From Yuukianura sp. NJ FZ-2021 (taxonomy: Eukaryota), in the NCBI GenBank assembly GCA_046563655.1, contig CM102285.1, forward strand, positions 6,014,001 to 6,078,000: a stretch of 64,000 nucleotides of DNA. Direction: 5' to 3'. The number at the start of each line of letters is the position of its first letter. Positions within the stretch are counted from its first letter, which is position 1. The translations under genes were made by a program, and so were the position numbers. Below the pieces are notes generated by a model. That model saw nothing but the letters and a program-made list of their open reading frames with translations. It had not been told where the DNA came from and made no database searches. This document shows, piece after piece, positions 1 to 12,961 of this stretch.

Positions 1-56
1 ACTAAATTTAACATGTGTTTGTGTTATGTCTTAATATCTTATTTATAAGAGTTAGG

Positions 57-234
57 GGTTGGAGAGTAGATCCACAGTCTGTTTTTCTTTTAGTTCTTTT
101 AGTTATAGGTTATCAAATCAGGACACAGTGCACGACACATTCACCTTCCACACCGTGCACTGCACTGTGTCCTGATTTGATAACCTAACTAAAAGAACTA
201 AAAGAAAAACAGACTGCGGATCTACTCTCCAACC
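57..234. mobile_element. Foldback/MITE-like palindrome
   Basis: GGTTGGAGAGTAGATCCACAGTCTG...GGACACAGTGCA is mirrored almost perfectly by TGCACTGTGTCC...CAGACTGCGGATCTACTCTCCAACC; about 75-bp arms, no ORF. Confidence 0.7.
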
Positions 235-414
235 ACAAACTGTTCAGTTTGGGTGCCACAATAGCAACAGCGTATGGAATTAGCAGATCTTATAAAAGCC
301 CAACCCCCGCCACCATTAAATTAAAGTATCATTTTGTAATATGATGCATAAACCCGGTTAATTGCAGTTTCATTCTTGGATGGGCGGTGGCTTTGGTAAT
401 TGCTTAACCTGGCA

Positions 415-619
415 GGAGTAAGGCAGATGTAGAGTGAGTTATTCATCCATATCCCCTCCGGTATGCACTCCAATGGATCCGTCATTGATGTTGCCGATTG
501 TTAATGTTAGGTTAGGTTAGGTAACGTCTGACTATAGTGGCAACATCAAGGTTAGGTTCACTGGAGTGCATGCCGGAGGGGATATGGGAAAATAACGTAT
601 TCCACATCTGCCTTACTTC
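415..619. mobile_element. MITE-like element with imperfect ~65-bp TIRs
   Basis: GGAGTAAGGCAGATGTAGA...CCATATCCCCTCCGGTATGCACTCCA versus TGGAGTGCATGCCGGAGGGGATATGG...ACATCTGCCTTACTTC; the interior contains TTAGG repeats. Confidence 0.6.
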
Positions 620-710
620 ACCCCTTAACCCAGTTTTTAAAGTTAAACGATATCAAGAGAGGAAGAGACTTCGGGACGTTCATTAAAAATGGAACGAAAA
701 CGGTTTATGA

Positions 711-2078
711 CTGTGGCACTTACGCAGCCAGGCGCGACCGAGTCGCAAATCGAAAAGTCGCTCCCAGGAGCGACTAGTCGCAGCCAGGTTAGGAAAAGTC
801 GCAAGTGGAAGTGACTTTGCAGTTTTTCGTGTTTAGGAGGTATTTTCCACCAGTGAAAGATTGAGTTTTTTAGTTTAATCGAAAGAAAATTACTTTTTTT
901 TTAAATTTTCACCGTGGGGTTTCTTGCCCTTCGGACGGGTTAAAAGTTAATCAAAAAACCGTTTTCAAATTCCGAATTTTTGCTGTTTGCGGCGTTTATT
1001 TTTCATAAGCAGGGTACCACGATTTAAGAAATTTTGTCTAGTTTTTTAGTCAGTAATTTAGTTTTCGATAGCTTAAGCAATTTCCGAGATATTCTCAAAA
1101 AAGTGAAGGGAAGTCGAGCAGGTCCCAGCTAGAGTAGGCCGGGTCGCTGCCTAATGCGACCAAAGAATTAAAACCAGGGAACAGATCGGCAACGTTGTAA
1201 TGCGTTAATTTCACATCATAACATGAATTAATCCAATGTTCAAATAAGTGAAATAATTCATACGAAACAAATTCCTAAAACACATTAGTGTAAGTTTAAC
1301 TGAAATATATTTTATATCAACCAATTATTAACACGACATGTTACCCTTACTATATTTGGTACGTTGAAGCAGTGCACGTAGTCTGTATCATTCGTATAAT
1401 ACGTGGTATAATACCCGTATTTTTTATGGTGCCTGAATGCTAAATATATTCAGGATGTATAATACGTATTATGCAGTTATACGTATAATACGGTATAATA
1501 CAGTATATATCCGAAAAATACGGTATTTTACGTCCCGTGTGTTAAAGTATTAGTTAAATCTCAAAATCTCACAAGTTAAAAATTTTAATATAAAGGATGT
1601 CCACTCAGGGTTCATATGTTTTGAACCAATTGGTTTACACCATGTTTTAAATCATGGCTTATACCAAGTGGAGTAATATTTAAATTAACGGTCGAATTCA
1701 TCATTCCGTGAAGAAGATGAACACATCTTAGTCGAGCACGGCACATGTCCACTAAAATTTATGTTATCATAAATTATTCTTGTTATAAAAATCCGTTTAC
1801 AATTGTATATACCAAAAATGAAAAACGTGATTTTAATCAGTATAAAAGTATAAAATGGGGTTTGAATGTAAAACTGCACAGTAAATATGGGCAACAGCGC
1901 TTTTCAAGGAAATTTGCGACCGGTCGCTTCCAGTAGCGACTTTCCGTGCTTTGGTAACAAATTCAACAGATGGCTCTCGCAAGCGGTCGCTCCTGGAGGC
2001 GTTTTAGTCGCAGCCTCGAGCGACCCAGGGTCGCTCCTAGATGCGATTTGGTCGCTCCAGAATGCGTAAGGGCCATAC
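711..2078. mobile_element. Degenerate non-autonomous TIR element
   Basis: TGGCACTTACGCA..GCGACC near 714 and its inverse GGTCGC..TGCGTAAGGGCCA near 2075; GTCGC/GCGAC motifs cluster at both ends. Boundaries are approximate. Confidence 0.5.
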
Positions 2079-2280
2079 TGTTTATAGTAAAGCTGTCGAA
2101 ACTAAGCCCCTTCTAGAATATGTTTCGAGTGACATGACATATTCCCTATTCCGGTTATAGGAAAGATAAGTTGTACATTTTATTTAGAGTGCATACGACT
2201 CACGTTACCCCTAACAACCTAAAATTGACATCATGACATCTACAGACGTCGTATAACTCAATCAGTAGATTGTTTTTGCC

Positions 2281-3046
2281 CGTAGCAGGTCATAACCGAC
2301 AATCCAAAAATCGACAATCCAATAATCGACAATCAATAATCGACAATTCCAAAAATCGACAATCCTTTAAGCGACAATCCTAAAATCGACAATTTCAAAA
2401 ATCGACAATTTCAAAAATCGACAATTCCAAAATCGACAATTCTAAAATCGACAATGTCAAAAATCGTCAATCCTAAAACCGACAATTCCAATATTGATAG
2501 AAACCAGAAAGCGGTCTAACGGAAAAATTTTACCATCATCCGCGGTATGTTGAAGGTTGTATTCTATAAGTTTGGCTATAGTGACACAACTGGCAGTTAC
2601 TGATGAAGTGTGGCTAGCTTAGTATGCGGTACCGCGCCGAAGGCGCGGCGTTAGGTTTGGTAAAGCAGACAATAGTAATTACGTCTGTAGGGTTTATTGT
2701 CTACATAAGTCTGGGTTAGGAAAATTTCAAAATTTCAAAAAATCATAACCATGTTGTCTGGCGAAACTGCACAAATCTGATTGCATATTCGTGTTCAGCA
2801 CCGCGATAGTAAAATTTTTCCGTTAGACCGCTTTCTGGTTTCTATCAATATTGGAATTGTCGGTTTTAGGATTGTCGATTTTAGGATTGTCGATTTTGGA
2901 ATTGTCGATTTTTGAAATTGTCGATTTTTGAAATTGTCGATTTTAGGATTGTCGCTTAAAGGATTGTCGATTTTTGGAATTGTTGATTATTGGTTGTCGA
3001 TTATTGGATTGTCGATTTTTGGATTGTCGGTTATGACCTGGAACCG
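2281..3046. mobile_element. Foldback (MULE-like) non-autonomous element with ~260-bp modular TIRs
   Basis: CAGGTCATAACCGACAATCC... at 2286 and ...GGATTGTCGGTTATGACCTG ending at 3040; TIRs are built of 15-16-bp AAAATCGACAAT units; no clear TSD. Confidence 0.75.
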
Positions 3047-3684
3047 TTGAGGGCTTGAACTGTTTTTCAAAACTTTTCTTGCATTTTCCAGTCGATTCCA
3101 AAAATATGATTTGTTTGTTAAAATTACATAGAGCTTGTGAACGACGGTAAAATTTTTTTTACAACGAATCAACGTAGTAGTACCTTGTAGTTATTAAATA
3201 ACAAACCATAATTTCGTAACTCTATGTCAAACACGTGTGTTTCGTTTGTAGGTTTTTGGATGCGAGCAGTTTTCCGACTACCCTCATACCCCGAGTTTAT
3301 CACGTAGCAGAGGACTCAGCGCAAACAATTAACTATCAAGAAGTATGGGCGACACTTGTTCTTATCCTCAAATCAGTTCTTCTTGTTACTAGCACAAGGC
3401 GTTACTCGTACGTTACCGACGTTTTTTCTCAAGAGAAGTACGACAGCCTATGAGTGAGAGTTACCTACACTTTTCGAGAACAACTCTACTTGCATGCACT
3501 ACCGATTTTCTGAATTTTCACGTTATTTCATTGCAAAAATCGGAGAAGTAATTCCAGGACACGATAAGTACAGTGCACTGTTGAGATGGTTGTGCAACTG
3601 CGCAACTTTGTAATTACTTACATGGATGGTACCCTCAAACTCGCTTGCTAAGTATCAAGCTGCCTACATTCAGATTGTGAAGTG

Positions 3685-4283
3685 AGTCCACGTCATTACA
3701 TCAGTTCAATTACATAAGTGCACATTATATAAGTGACAAAGACATCAGTGTCAATTACATCAGTAGGGCATTTACATCAGTAGTACAATTACATCCAAAG
3801 CATTTACATCAGTGGCAATTACATCAGTACTACAATTACATCCAGAGCAAATATATAAGTTGGAATTAGACAATTGTATTTAAGTAATAAAGCTTTTAAA
3901 ATTAATTACCTGTAAAATTTTAGTTGATGAAATTCAGTTTGTAGGCTACTAGCCTAAAAACTGAGTTGCTACTACTAACGCAACATGAGTAATTAAAATA
4001 AAATTCTGAAAAATTCTAAACCAGCGACACGCAATCACTATTGCGGACTTCAAAAAACCTAACCGCGCCTTCGGCGCGGAAAACCAGAGCCACTTGTAAC
4101 TTGATAACTGATGTAAATGCTCTGAATGTAATTGCCATACTGATGTAATTGTAACTGATGTAAATGCTTTGGATGCAATTGTACTACTGATGTAAATGCC
4201 CTACTGATGTAATTGACACTGATGTCTTTGTCACTTATATAATTGCCACTTATGTAGTTGAACTGATGTAATGACGTGCTACG
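3685..4283. mobile_element. MULE-like foldback MITE with 9-bp TSD
   Basis: TIRs CACGTCATTACATCAG... (3689) and ...CTGATGTAATGACGTG (4278) are made of TTACATCAG units; the direct repeat TGTGAAGTG flanks it at 3676-3684 and 4284-4292. Confidence 0.75.
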
Positions 4284-4298
4284 TGTGAAGTGCCAATT

Positions 4299-7200
4299 AT
4301 GACCAACAACCCCACGAAATCCAAGAATTTGACTTCGTTCAACCATCAAAACGTAAAGGGCAATGGACTTCAGGATTTGGTCAATGAATTGACCAATCGC
4401 TTCAGTATCTACAATACCAGTCATGATGACAGTGATGACAGCGACAACCAAGAAGACAAAAGGAATGCGAACGTGCGCGAAAGAAATAATCACGCCTCTG
4501 ACACAAGCGAAGACGTTCCTAAGCTTCAGCAACTGCAGCTTCTTCGCAGAGGCGACATTGTTAACCAGCCCTCTTGTCAGCATGGTGATCCTCCCGGCTC
4601 TGGATTTGCTCAAACTCGTAACGAAAGCTCAACTATGAAAGAGTCAAGGACATTTCCTTTCGGTATAAAAGCCTTCACGGACGATACTTCCATTTACAGT
4701 GAGTAATTCTATTCATGCAAAAAAAAAAACAGTATTCCTGGCAAAGCAGGGTGAACGAAGCGATACCTCATCTGTACAAAAACCCGTGTAGGTTAAAAAT
4801 CTTTAACCTAAACCTTACACGGGAATTTCTGTCGGGTAAAAATGAGGTATCGCTTCCGTGCACATCCTCCTTTCCGAGGGTTTGTATAAAATTTAGACTC
4901 ATTCATTACTCAAAAAAGACGTATGAGGTCACCTCAGTTATGAATATTCATTGAAAAAATATTTTTTTTGAATATCAAATGATTTTATATTTAAAAAAAT
5001 CGGGTTTTTAAAAAATATTAAATATTTTGTTAATTTTTTTGGATTTTTTAACAAAATATGAATATTTATGTAAATTTTTTGGTTGTTTTTGAGAAAAAGG
5101 GCTTAAGGACGTGTGATATGCGTCTAATAAACAATAATCGTTAAATTTAGTAACCACGATAACCGAGCTTTTGCAGTTAGTAAAAGATGCAGACATCGAC
5201 AAAAAGAAACACCCTCGTGAGTGAGTGGTGAAAAAGGATCAGTGCAAAGATGATCAAAAAAAGTATGCACTTTCAAACAAATAAAATACTGACACAAGCT
5301 CGGTTGCCGTCGTCTGGGTTTCGTCAACAATTTTTCTGAGGCTGCGACATTGAAATTGAAAAATGATGTGGGACAGCGTAGGAATGTCGTACAGTGACCC
5401 ACAGTATATCAAACTTTAGGAAAAGACTTGATCTAGTTTCTCGCTAAAAAATAATTACAAAATTTTAGTTGTAACTGTAAAAAAAATGGACCCAAACATT
5501 CCACCTCCATATTTACATAGATGGAACTAAAACTTTGTAATTTTTTTTTAGCGAGAAACTAGATCAAGTCTTTTCCTAAAGTTTGATATATTGTGGGTCA
5601 TTGTATGACCTTTCTACGATGTCCGAGATCATTTTTCATTTCATGTGTTACAGCGGCATTTTGACCCCCAGTTTCCAGGGTGTCCGCACACCTTAATTTG
5701 GCTGCTTTGCCCGCCCGCAGTGAAGTTTATATCTGCGGTTTCTCTGGAGGATGCTTTTCGGGTTAGGAGGGTGTTCCTTGATAACAATACGTCAACACAG
5801 TCAGAGTTACACCTGACTCCTTAGACAACATTTGATAACGTACAGTCAAGTTTCCCACTTAGGCCATTTGCCAAATACAAAACAAAATACAATTGAACTA
5901 CACTGGGGTTAGACAATTACATGAGTCTGCGGTCAAATTGTCATTGGCAATTCCCCCATTTGCCATTTGGCGTTTCATTTTGCCAGTTCACCGCCAATGT
6001 ACGGGTGCGAGTTTTGTACTTCTCAATTGTATTTTGTTTTGTATTTGGCAAATGGCCTAAGTGGGAAACTTGACTGTAATTTTTCCGGTGTAATACTAAC
6101 AGTTCATGACCTTGACCTATGACGTAGTAGAAGGTCGCAAGACTCGGATTATATTCAATGCTGAATGCACGCTGAATCGATGAACGATTGGTTGATATGT
6201 CGATTGGTGAAAACCGGAACGAAATCTGTTGAGCAGTTTCTGATACTTGCGTGACCATATAACCGACGGACATAGACAGACAAACAAGAGTAGGATTATT
6301 AAAACACATTTGCAATTTTAAAGAACCGGGCGTAAAACGGAACTTACGGGGTAGACTTACACTCAATGATTGTTCATCTAATCGAGATCAACAACTTTTG
6401 TAGCGGTCATTTTTCATTATACCGCCGATGAAGTCGGTTGACCTAAATACCCGGAAGGAGTTGTACAAAAAATAACAGAGCATTGTGAAAAAGTTGTACA
6501 GATGTTTCAGCGGCAGCCAAATCCTGAAAGACAGGCAAGGCATGGTGTAAACGTATAAGGGCATTCGCACCCCGCCGATTAATTGTCCAATTCTTGGCCC
6601 AGTTTAAACCTTTTGGTTGTGTTTTTGTTTTGTAACTTATAACTTTTCTTGTCAATAAACTTTTAGCAAAAAGTAAGCCTAATGGAATTGGGCCACGATC
6701 TTCAAGTGTTGGACCACCAAATCCTCCCGCATCGGCGACTCCCAGAAGCCCGTCACTTCCGCCTAGGAAAAGTAAGCTTTCCAGCTTTGGCCGTTTATTT
6801 AAACCCTGGAAATGGAAAAGGAAGAAGAACTCCGAAAAATTCGAAGCCGCTTCCAGGTGTAAGTTAACAACCTAACAATAATATAGTAGTCAGAAATATA
6901 AAACGACCAATACCAATATGATTCCTATCCTGCATTACAATTATACTACAGTTTACTACAACGTTAAGTACTACTAGTTAAGTGTTTTCCTCCCACAATT
7001 TATGGTAAATTTTACAGTATTGTTAGTTTGATGAGTTACTTATTTTCATCATACTTAACAGCATTGGAGCGAAGAATGTCCGTTAGAGCAAATCGAGAAG
7101 ATCTGATATGTAAGGGGATTCTTCCTCCTGAAGGTTCTACTGCGTCACCTTCTCTAATACCGAACTACGTTTCTGGTGAGTCACTTTTAAATCATCACCG

Positions 7201-10200
7201 TAGTTCACAGTGAATGTATTGGATGAATGTACTAATTATATAATTAAACCAACCGAACATCAAAGACACATCAACCGAACATTTGGTTATGAAAAGTCCG
7301 GTTCACATAGGTATTATGTCAGTCGACATTACTTTTGGCTTAAGAAAATCTCGTAGTCGATAACCATTTTAGGACGATATATGTGAGAACAATACGGGTA
7401 TCCGGTTATCTTTGTAAAGTGTAAATCAAAGTTTGACTAGTAACTCACTTTTTTCAAACGTAACTTCTTAAATATATTACCATTTTAAACATTGTGAGTA
7501 ATCCTGCTCCAACAATGTAAGAATGCTCTTGGGGTCGTCAGAGATTTTTGTCATGTACTATACTTTTTCGCTAAAAATGCGGAAGTAAAACGCCACAGCT
7601 TTTTGTAGTCAGGTTGCGGGGGTTTGTACTCAAACGAAGAGGTTAATCGTTTACAGATATATTTCCGTAATTGTGAGTGTGCCTACTTTTCAACACAATT
7701 TAGTTTAGACCTAGGCTAAGAAAAGAAACTATCTACGAGTTATAGCTCGAGTTAGTTCTAACTGGTCAGGCAGGGTGTATTAGGGATGACCTTTTAGTGA
7801 CACCAATTGCAAAAATAGCGATTACAGTATCTTTTGGTGGTAATAGTCATCTTGAACATGTCGTTCACATTCTACTTCTGTCGTAAACAGACTTAAAAAT
7901 TAAACTTTGGTTTATTTCCACCTTTAATTTCCAGATACGGGGGTTACCTGGGATAGTGATGCTGAGGTAGGGGTACTGAATGATGCTGAAACATGTGGTA
8001 TAGGGGCATCTTCGGTGTTTTCAAACAACGAGCCTGCTTTCACCACTATTTCGACCAACAGGCAATATCAGCACACACCTCAACCTTACCAAGATAATAG
8101 CAATGGATCTGGCATACTCCGTAACGAGTTAATGACTATAGTTGACGGTGTAGAACGGCCTAAGGTTGGAAAGAGTTCACAACCAAATTTGAGTCAACCT
8201 TCATTCGTTCAAACCTCCGTGATGTCTACATTCACGTATTCCAACCACACAAACACAACCTCGCTTCGCAATTGTAAAGGTAGCACTTCCACCAGTATGT
8301 ACGTACATCTTGTCTTTAATTTCCAGTCTACTCAGGGTGCTTGCTCTCTTTGCTTACAAGGTAGTAGATGGTTAGGTATGATTTCACACCTTCCCCTTAC
8401 AACATTTAGTACATATAAGGTTTACTAATTCTGTTTCTTTGGGTTATCGTTCTTAAATGACGCACTTTCGCGCTCCACTATGAAATCAATGTATTACTAA
8501 AGTTTCTCTGCTTGTTGCAGACTTTTCTGAAGGGATTGTATCGGACTTGCGTTCTGCGGCAGATACGAAATCAAACAAATCACCAGTCGTACCGCCTCAG
8601 AGGGTTTCCGGTTTAGGAAACGGGTCAGCACGGGGCGCACATGTCCCCGTCGCTCAATTTCTGCCCGCCGGTTTAATGGAACTCCCGGAACCACCAATGC
8701 TTGTTTCTGAAATTGGCCCAATACCACCCCCACCAATGTTCAGCACTCCGACGGGGACTTCACCACCCGATGAAAAGTCTGAAGCGACTCTGGCTTACCA
8801 GCGAGAAAGGGGACAAAGTTTAGCTGCTGCCATTGCTCTCGTCGTACAAAATGCTCGGAGCGTAGACATGTACCAAATGTCACAAGGTAAGACTGAGCCA
8901 ACGTGTTTACCATTTTTATTGTAGGTGGTCGTGTTAATAATACAGTGCAGTAGTTTGGAAAGGAGAGAAAGTACAATACAATGGGTATGGCCAAACTGAA
9001 GATTTTCCGTTATAGTTGCATTGTTGATCTACTTTTTTTTGGTAATGTCAAACTAGGCTGAGTTTGGTTGTCTTTTGTGTATTAGATTTTTGCCAACACG
9101 ACTGATACGTTAACTGTTTTTTTTTCTTTTTTGTCGTTTTTAATTTATTTTAGAAGAGCTGATGCAAGATGAACCGGATTCAGATGATGAAGAAGTACGA
9201 ATTGCCACTTCAAATTGTGTTCGGGGTTACTTGGAAGTGGATACTAATAAAGTGGAGGAAATCCCTGCAAAAGAACCCAGACCTCATGCTTATCCCGTTA
9301 AATCTGCGCTTAAAAAAATTCGGAACGACGAAGGTAGTGCAAGCTGTTCGTCACCAGTACTGGAAACAAAGCCAATAAGAAAGAAGACTGAGCAAATGCC
9401 TAAGTAAGTCGCGATACCGCTAAGTACGATCGAATTGTCATTATTACTTAATTCCACCTTTAACTACGGCCGGTAGGCAGACGCACAATGTGAAGCTTTT
9501 CTTCTAAATAAATTCAGCGTCTACACGTGAAAGTTTAACTTTTGTTTCGTTGCTTTTTTATAGTACAATTGCTTTCCCACTGTCCGCTTGCCGACAGCGG
9601 GAAGAGAATAAGGAGAACACTAGGCCTTCAATCGCTGTAGTTGATACTTCCAAGGAGGATGACTCGGATGGGGATGGAGATGGTCCTGTACTGTATAAGG
9701 ATGACGATGTCGCGGGGGAAGGCTCAGGTTAGATTACAATGAAGCATTATCAAGTTTTATAATATTAGTCACAAATCTTAAGTGTTAATTGGTATGGCTT
9801 TTTTTGTACGTAGTAAGTTGAAGGTGTTTCAGAATTACTAGAACAAATGCGGCGTTTTTCCGTGACTCTCTGATCTCACCTTGATAATGGTCGCTTATCC
9901 CTTCTCCATGATAAACCCATCCTTTTTATGCCATTTCTCTCTGCAGTCCTTCAATATTAAAATTAAATTGTACAGATAATTCTGCGTGATCCAAGGTCCA
10001 CCACGTCAACGTTTTGCAAAGGCAAATTCCAAACCAAGCATTTCCCAAAAAAAGCAGTCGCGGTTATTAGGAAAGGTGTATTTTTTTATATGTCTGAGGT
10101 CAAAGACCAATCGAGAGTTAATTGGCCTACGCAAATTTTTATTTTGTCAGTCGCCGTGTTCGCTACACTTCTTGGTAGGATAAATACTGAAATGGGGAGT

Positions 10201-11332
10201 GTACAACCTTACGAACTTTGACGCAAAAGAGGATAATTTTCAGGTGTATTGTATTGACGATCCTTTTTCTACTTCTCTTTGCGAGGAATTTAATTAAACG
10301 AATTCTCGTTTAAATCAACAGGACGAAAGTTAGCAAAAGTTGCACGAAACGACAGTCTCGCCCTCAAATTGGCGATGAGGCCGGATCGGCAAGAGCTAAT
10401 TGATCGAAATATCATTCGAGTGGTGACGGACCGAGAGGTTCAAGAAACAAAAGAAGCCATCGGTGCCAAACTTATCAGGTACATTGAATAAATCAACTGG
10501 AGAGCAAGAAAGTCACTGACACAAGTAAAGGACAAAGCAAATACTAATGCGGACTGTGTCTTATTAAGACAATTGGAAATACTATTTCGCTTTTCCCAAT
10601 GCGGACGTGGAACTGGAAATTGTTGTGCTGCAGTGTGCTAATTTTTCTTCTTTTTTTCTGTTTAGACGGCTTTCCATGCGACCTTCGCAGGAAGAACTCG
10701 AGGAGCGGAATATTCTCAAAAGTAAGAACTGGAACAACGTTATTCCGTTTATTTTTTTCATTAGAATGTGCACTGAACAAGCTGTTACAATTTGTTAATT
10801 ATTGAAATGAATTTCAATTTGCTATATTTCCACGTGGGAAGGAATCGGTACAAAATATGCATTTTTATTTTATATGATATTCGGCCGAGCTAATGCTAAA
10901 TTTTAGCGAAAAACTAATGATTGCTTATTTCTGATTGTGCGTAGAACAAACTCCGGCAGAAGAAAGAAAGCTAAAAGAAGAAAAAAAGAAGATGCTTCTC
11001 CGTAAACTAAGCTTTAGGCCTACAATAGAGGACTTAAAGGAGAAGAAGGTAATTTATTAGTTAAATTGAAGATTTTTTTATACTAAAAATTGTGCCAGGT
11101 TTACGTTTAACTTCAACATCGCGTTTTTTTTCTGTTTGAATAGATCATTCGCTTCAGCGACTATGTCGAAGTGACTCAAGCTCAAGAATACGACCGGCGT
11201 GCAGACAAACCATGGACTAGACTCACGCCGAAGGACAAAGCGACCATTCGTAAAGAGCTCAACGAATTTAAAAGTACTGAAATGGAGGTACATTCGGAGA
11301 GCCGTCACTTAATTCGCTTTCATAGGCCATAG
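4299..11332 (+). CDS. Phactr: Phosphatase and actin regulator (Phactr family), multi-exon
   Basis: Phase-compatible GT-AG exons 4299-4698 (least certain), 6667-6858, 7062-7175, 7935-8294, 8521-8886, 9154-9403, 9564-9727, 10322-10478, 10666-10721, 10945-11048, 11144-11332. They encode [17 protein letters not shown] repeats ([57 protein letters not shown]) and the PP1-binding tail [27 protein letters not shown]. Confidence 0.93.
4748..4868. mobile_element. Small MITE-like inverted repeat in a Phactr intron
   Basis: GAAGCGATACCTCAT versus ATGAGGTATCGCTTC, plus inner CCCGTGTA versus TACACGGG. Confidence 0.5.
5341..5654. mobile_element. Foldback MITE with ~130-bp arms
   Basis: GACCCACAGTATATCAAACTTTAGGAAAAGACTTGATCTAGTTTCTCGCTAAAAAA is mirrored near-perfectly at about 5545-5600. 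Confidence 0.7.
5843..6076. mobile_element. Tc1/mariner-type MITE
   Basis: TA|CAGTCAAGTTTCCCACTTAGGCCATTTGCC...GGCAAATGGCCTAAGTGGGAAACTTGACTG|TA; about 55-bp TIR and a TA TSD. Confidence 0.85.
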
Positions 11333-12961
11333 AAGCAACTTGCTAATTGAGATTTTTAATCCTACTTTAAACCGTAATGACTGTGAAGCGCCAAATGGGC
11401 TATTATATTTATATTTAACGCCCAGTCCCGTCCATACAAAGAGAAACGTAATTTTGTAGCACCACTTGACCTCCTCGCTGATCTATTTTCATGTTTTATT
11501 AGCTTTTCAGTGGAGAGTCAAGGGTAATTCGAATGGTACGGAAACAGTTAAAATTCAAGGGTATTGAAGAATGCTGGAAGCAACAACATGTTTTTAAATA
11601 TGGACCCGGCCCTAGACTGAAATTATAAGATTTTCGGTTTAGTTTTACTGATGATCAAAATAATAATAAGCTGCAATCGTAGTGCTTTAAAAGAGATATC
11701 CAGCAGACTTCCCTGCCTAAAATAAAACTTACTTGATAAATATTTTGCTCAAATTGTTCTCTTATAATCTTGAAATTCTAAATATTACATTTTAATAAAT
11801 ATTAAGTTTTGTTTTTCAACTGTTTGTAGACGTTCCCTGTCGTGGGGATGTTTCACTGCATTGAACTACAAACGGTATGCTTCGCACAAGAAAAGAGGAC
11901 AGTAACAAGTTGTTGACTGTCTTTTAATGCAAACTTCATAAATTATGTATAGATTTAACCTTCACACGTCTAAACATATAAAAACATAGGATAAGTTATC
12001 ATTGCATGTAAGGCTAAGGTTAGTGTGGATTTTCATTGCATTAGGCATTTCGAATTATTGGTAGTTAAAATTCTGTGATGCTCAAATTCCCGTTGTTTTG
12101 TTCTGTTTGTAATAAAGTTGATTTAACTCTTCTTATATGTAGCATATATGAAACTTTGTTTTAACATCGTACATGTAATCTTTTTCTATGTAACATATTA
12201 TGATATTGTTGTTTTAACATCGTACTATGTACAATCATTTGCAGCCCTGCAGTCGCTTTGCATTATTATTGTGAGCACAGAAAACTTATTGAATGACGAC
12301 TTCATATATTATTTGTTACTAACAACTAAAATGCAAAATTATGGACTTCTCAGTTTATTAAAACCGAATTTATAACCTACCTAATGTCCAGAGGTGTGTT
12401 GTGTTGAGTACATACAGCAAGGCTGATAAATTAAGGAATGCCTACACCGGAGGTTAATTTCCTGATCCAAATTTTATTTCAAATCGACGGACTGCTTAAC
12501 CAAAAAAATGTTCTTATAATGAAGAATTTTTAGATGTCTTTACCTCCCCGATCCGTAACCCTGTATTAGGTTATTTCCTTCTTTTCTTTAGTATAAATCT
12601 TTTTTGCATGCCCAAGTTCGTTTGCTATAGCGACCATTTATGCAAATGTCGTAAGAGGTTTTGTCATAACTCCGATGCTTCAAAAAAACGAAAACAACAA
12701 CTTTTGGACCAATTTTGTTTTCTTGGTAAAATATTAGTTTTTTTCTTATGCTTTTGCTATACAAAATGTATAGTTTTGATTTCGAAGTGCTAACTCAACG
12801 GAAGCGTGTAAGGGTAGCGCAAGATGTGAGACTCAAAGAATTTAAAATCAAGCAACAAGTAATTTTGACATAACCTTTTAAGCATAAATAAACAGAATTG
12901 CCAGTTAAACAACTTTGGCCGGCCCAAGCACGTTGTTGTCCATGTCTTAACTTAAACAAGA

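Noticed and set aside
4059..4613. 184-aa minus-strand ORF
   Set aside because: It is antisense to the putative Phactr exon and runs into MITE repeat units; no recognisable domain.
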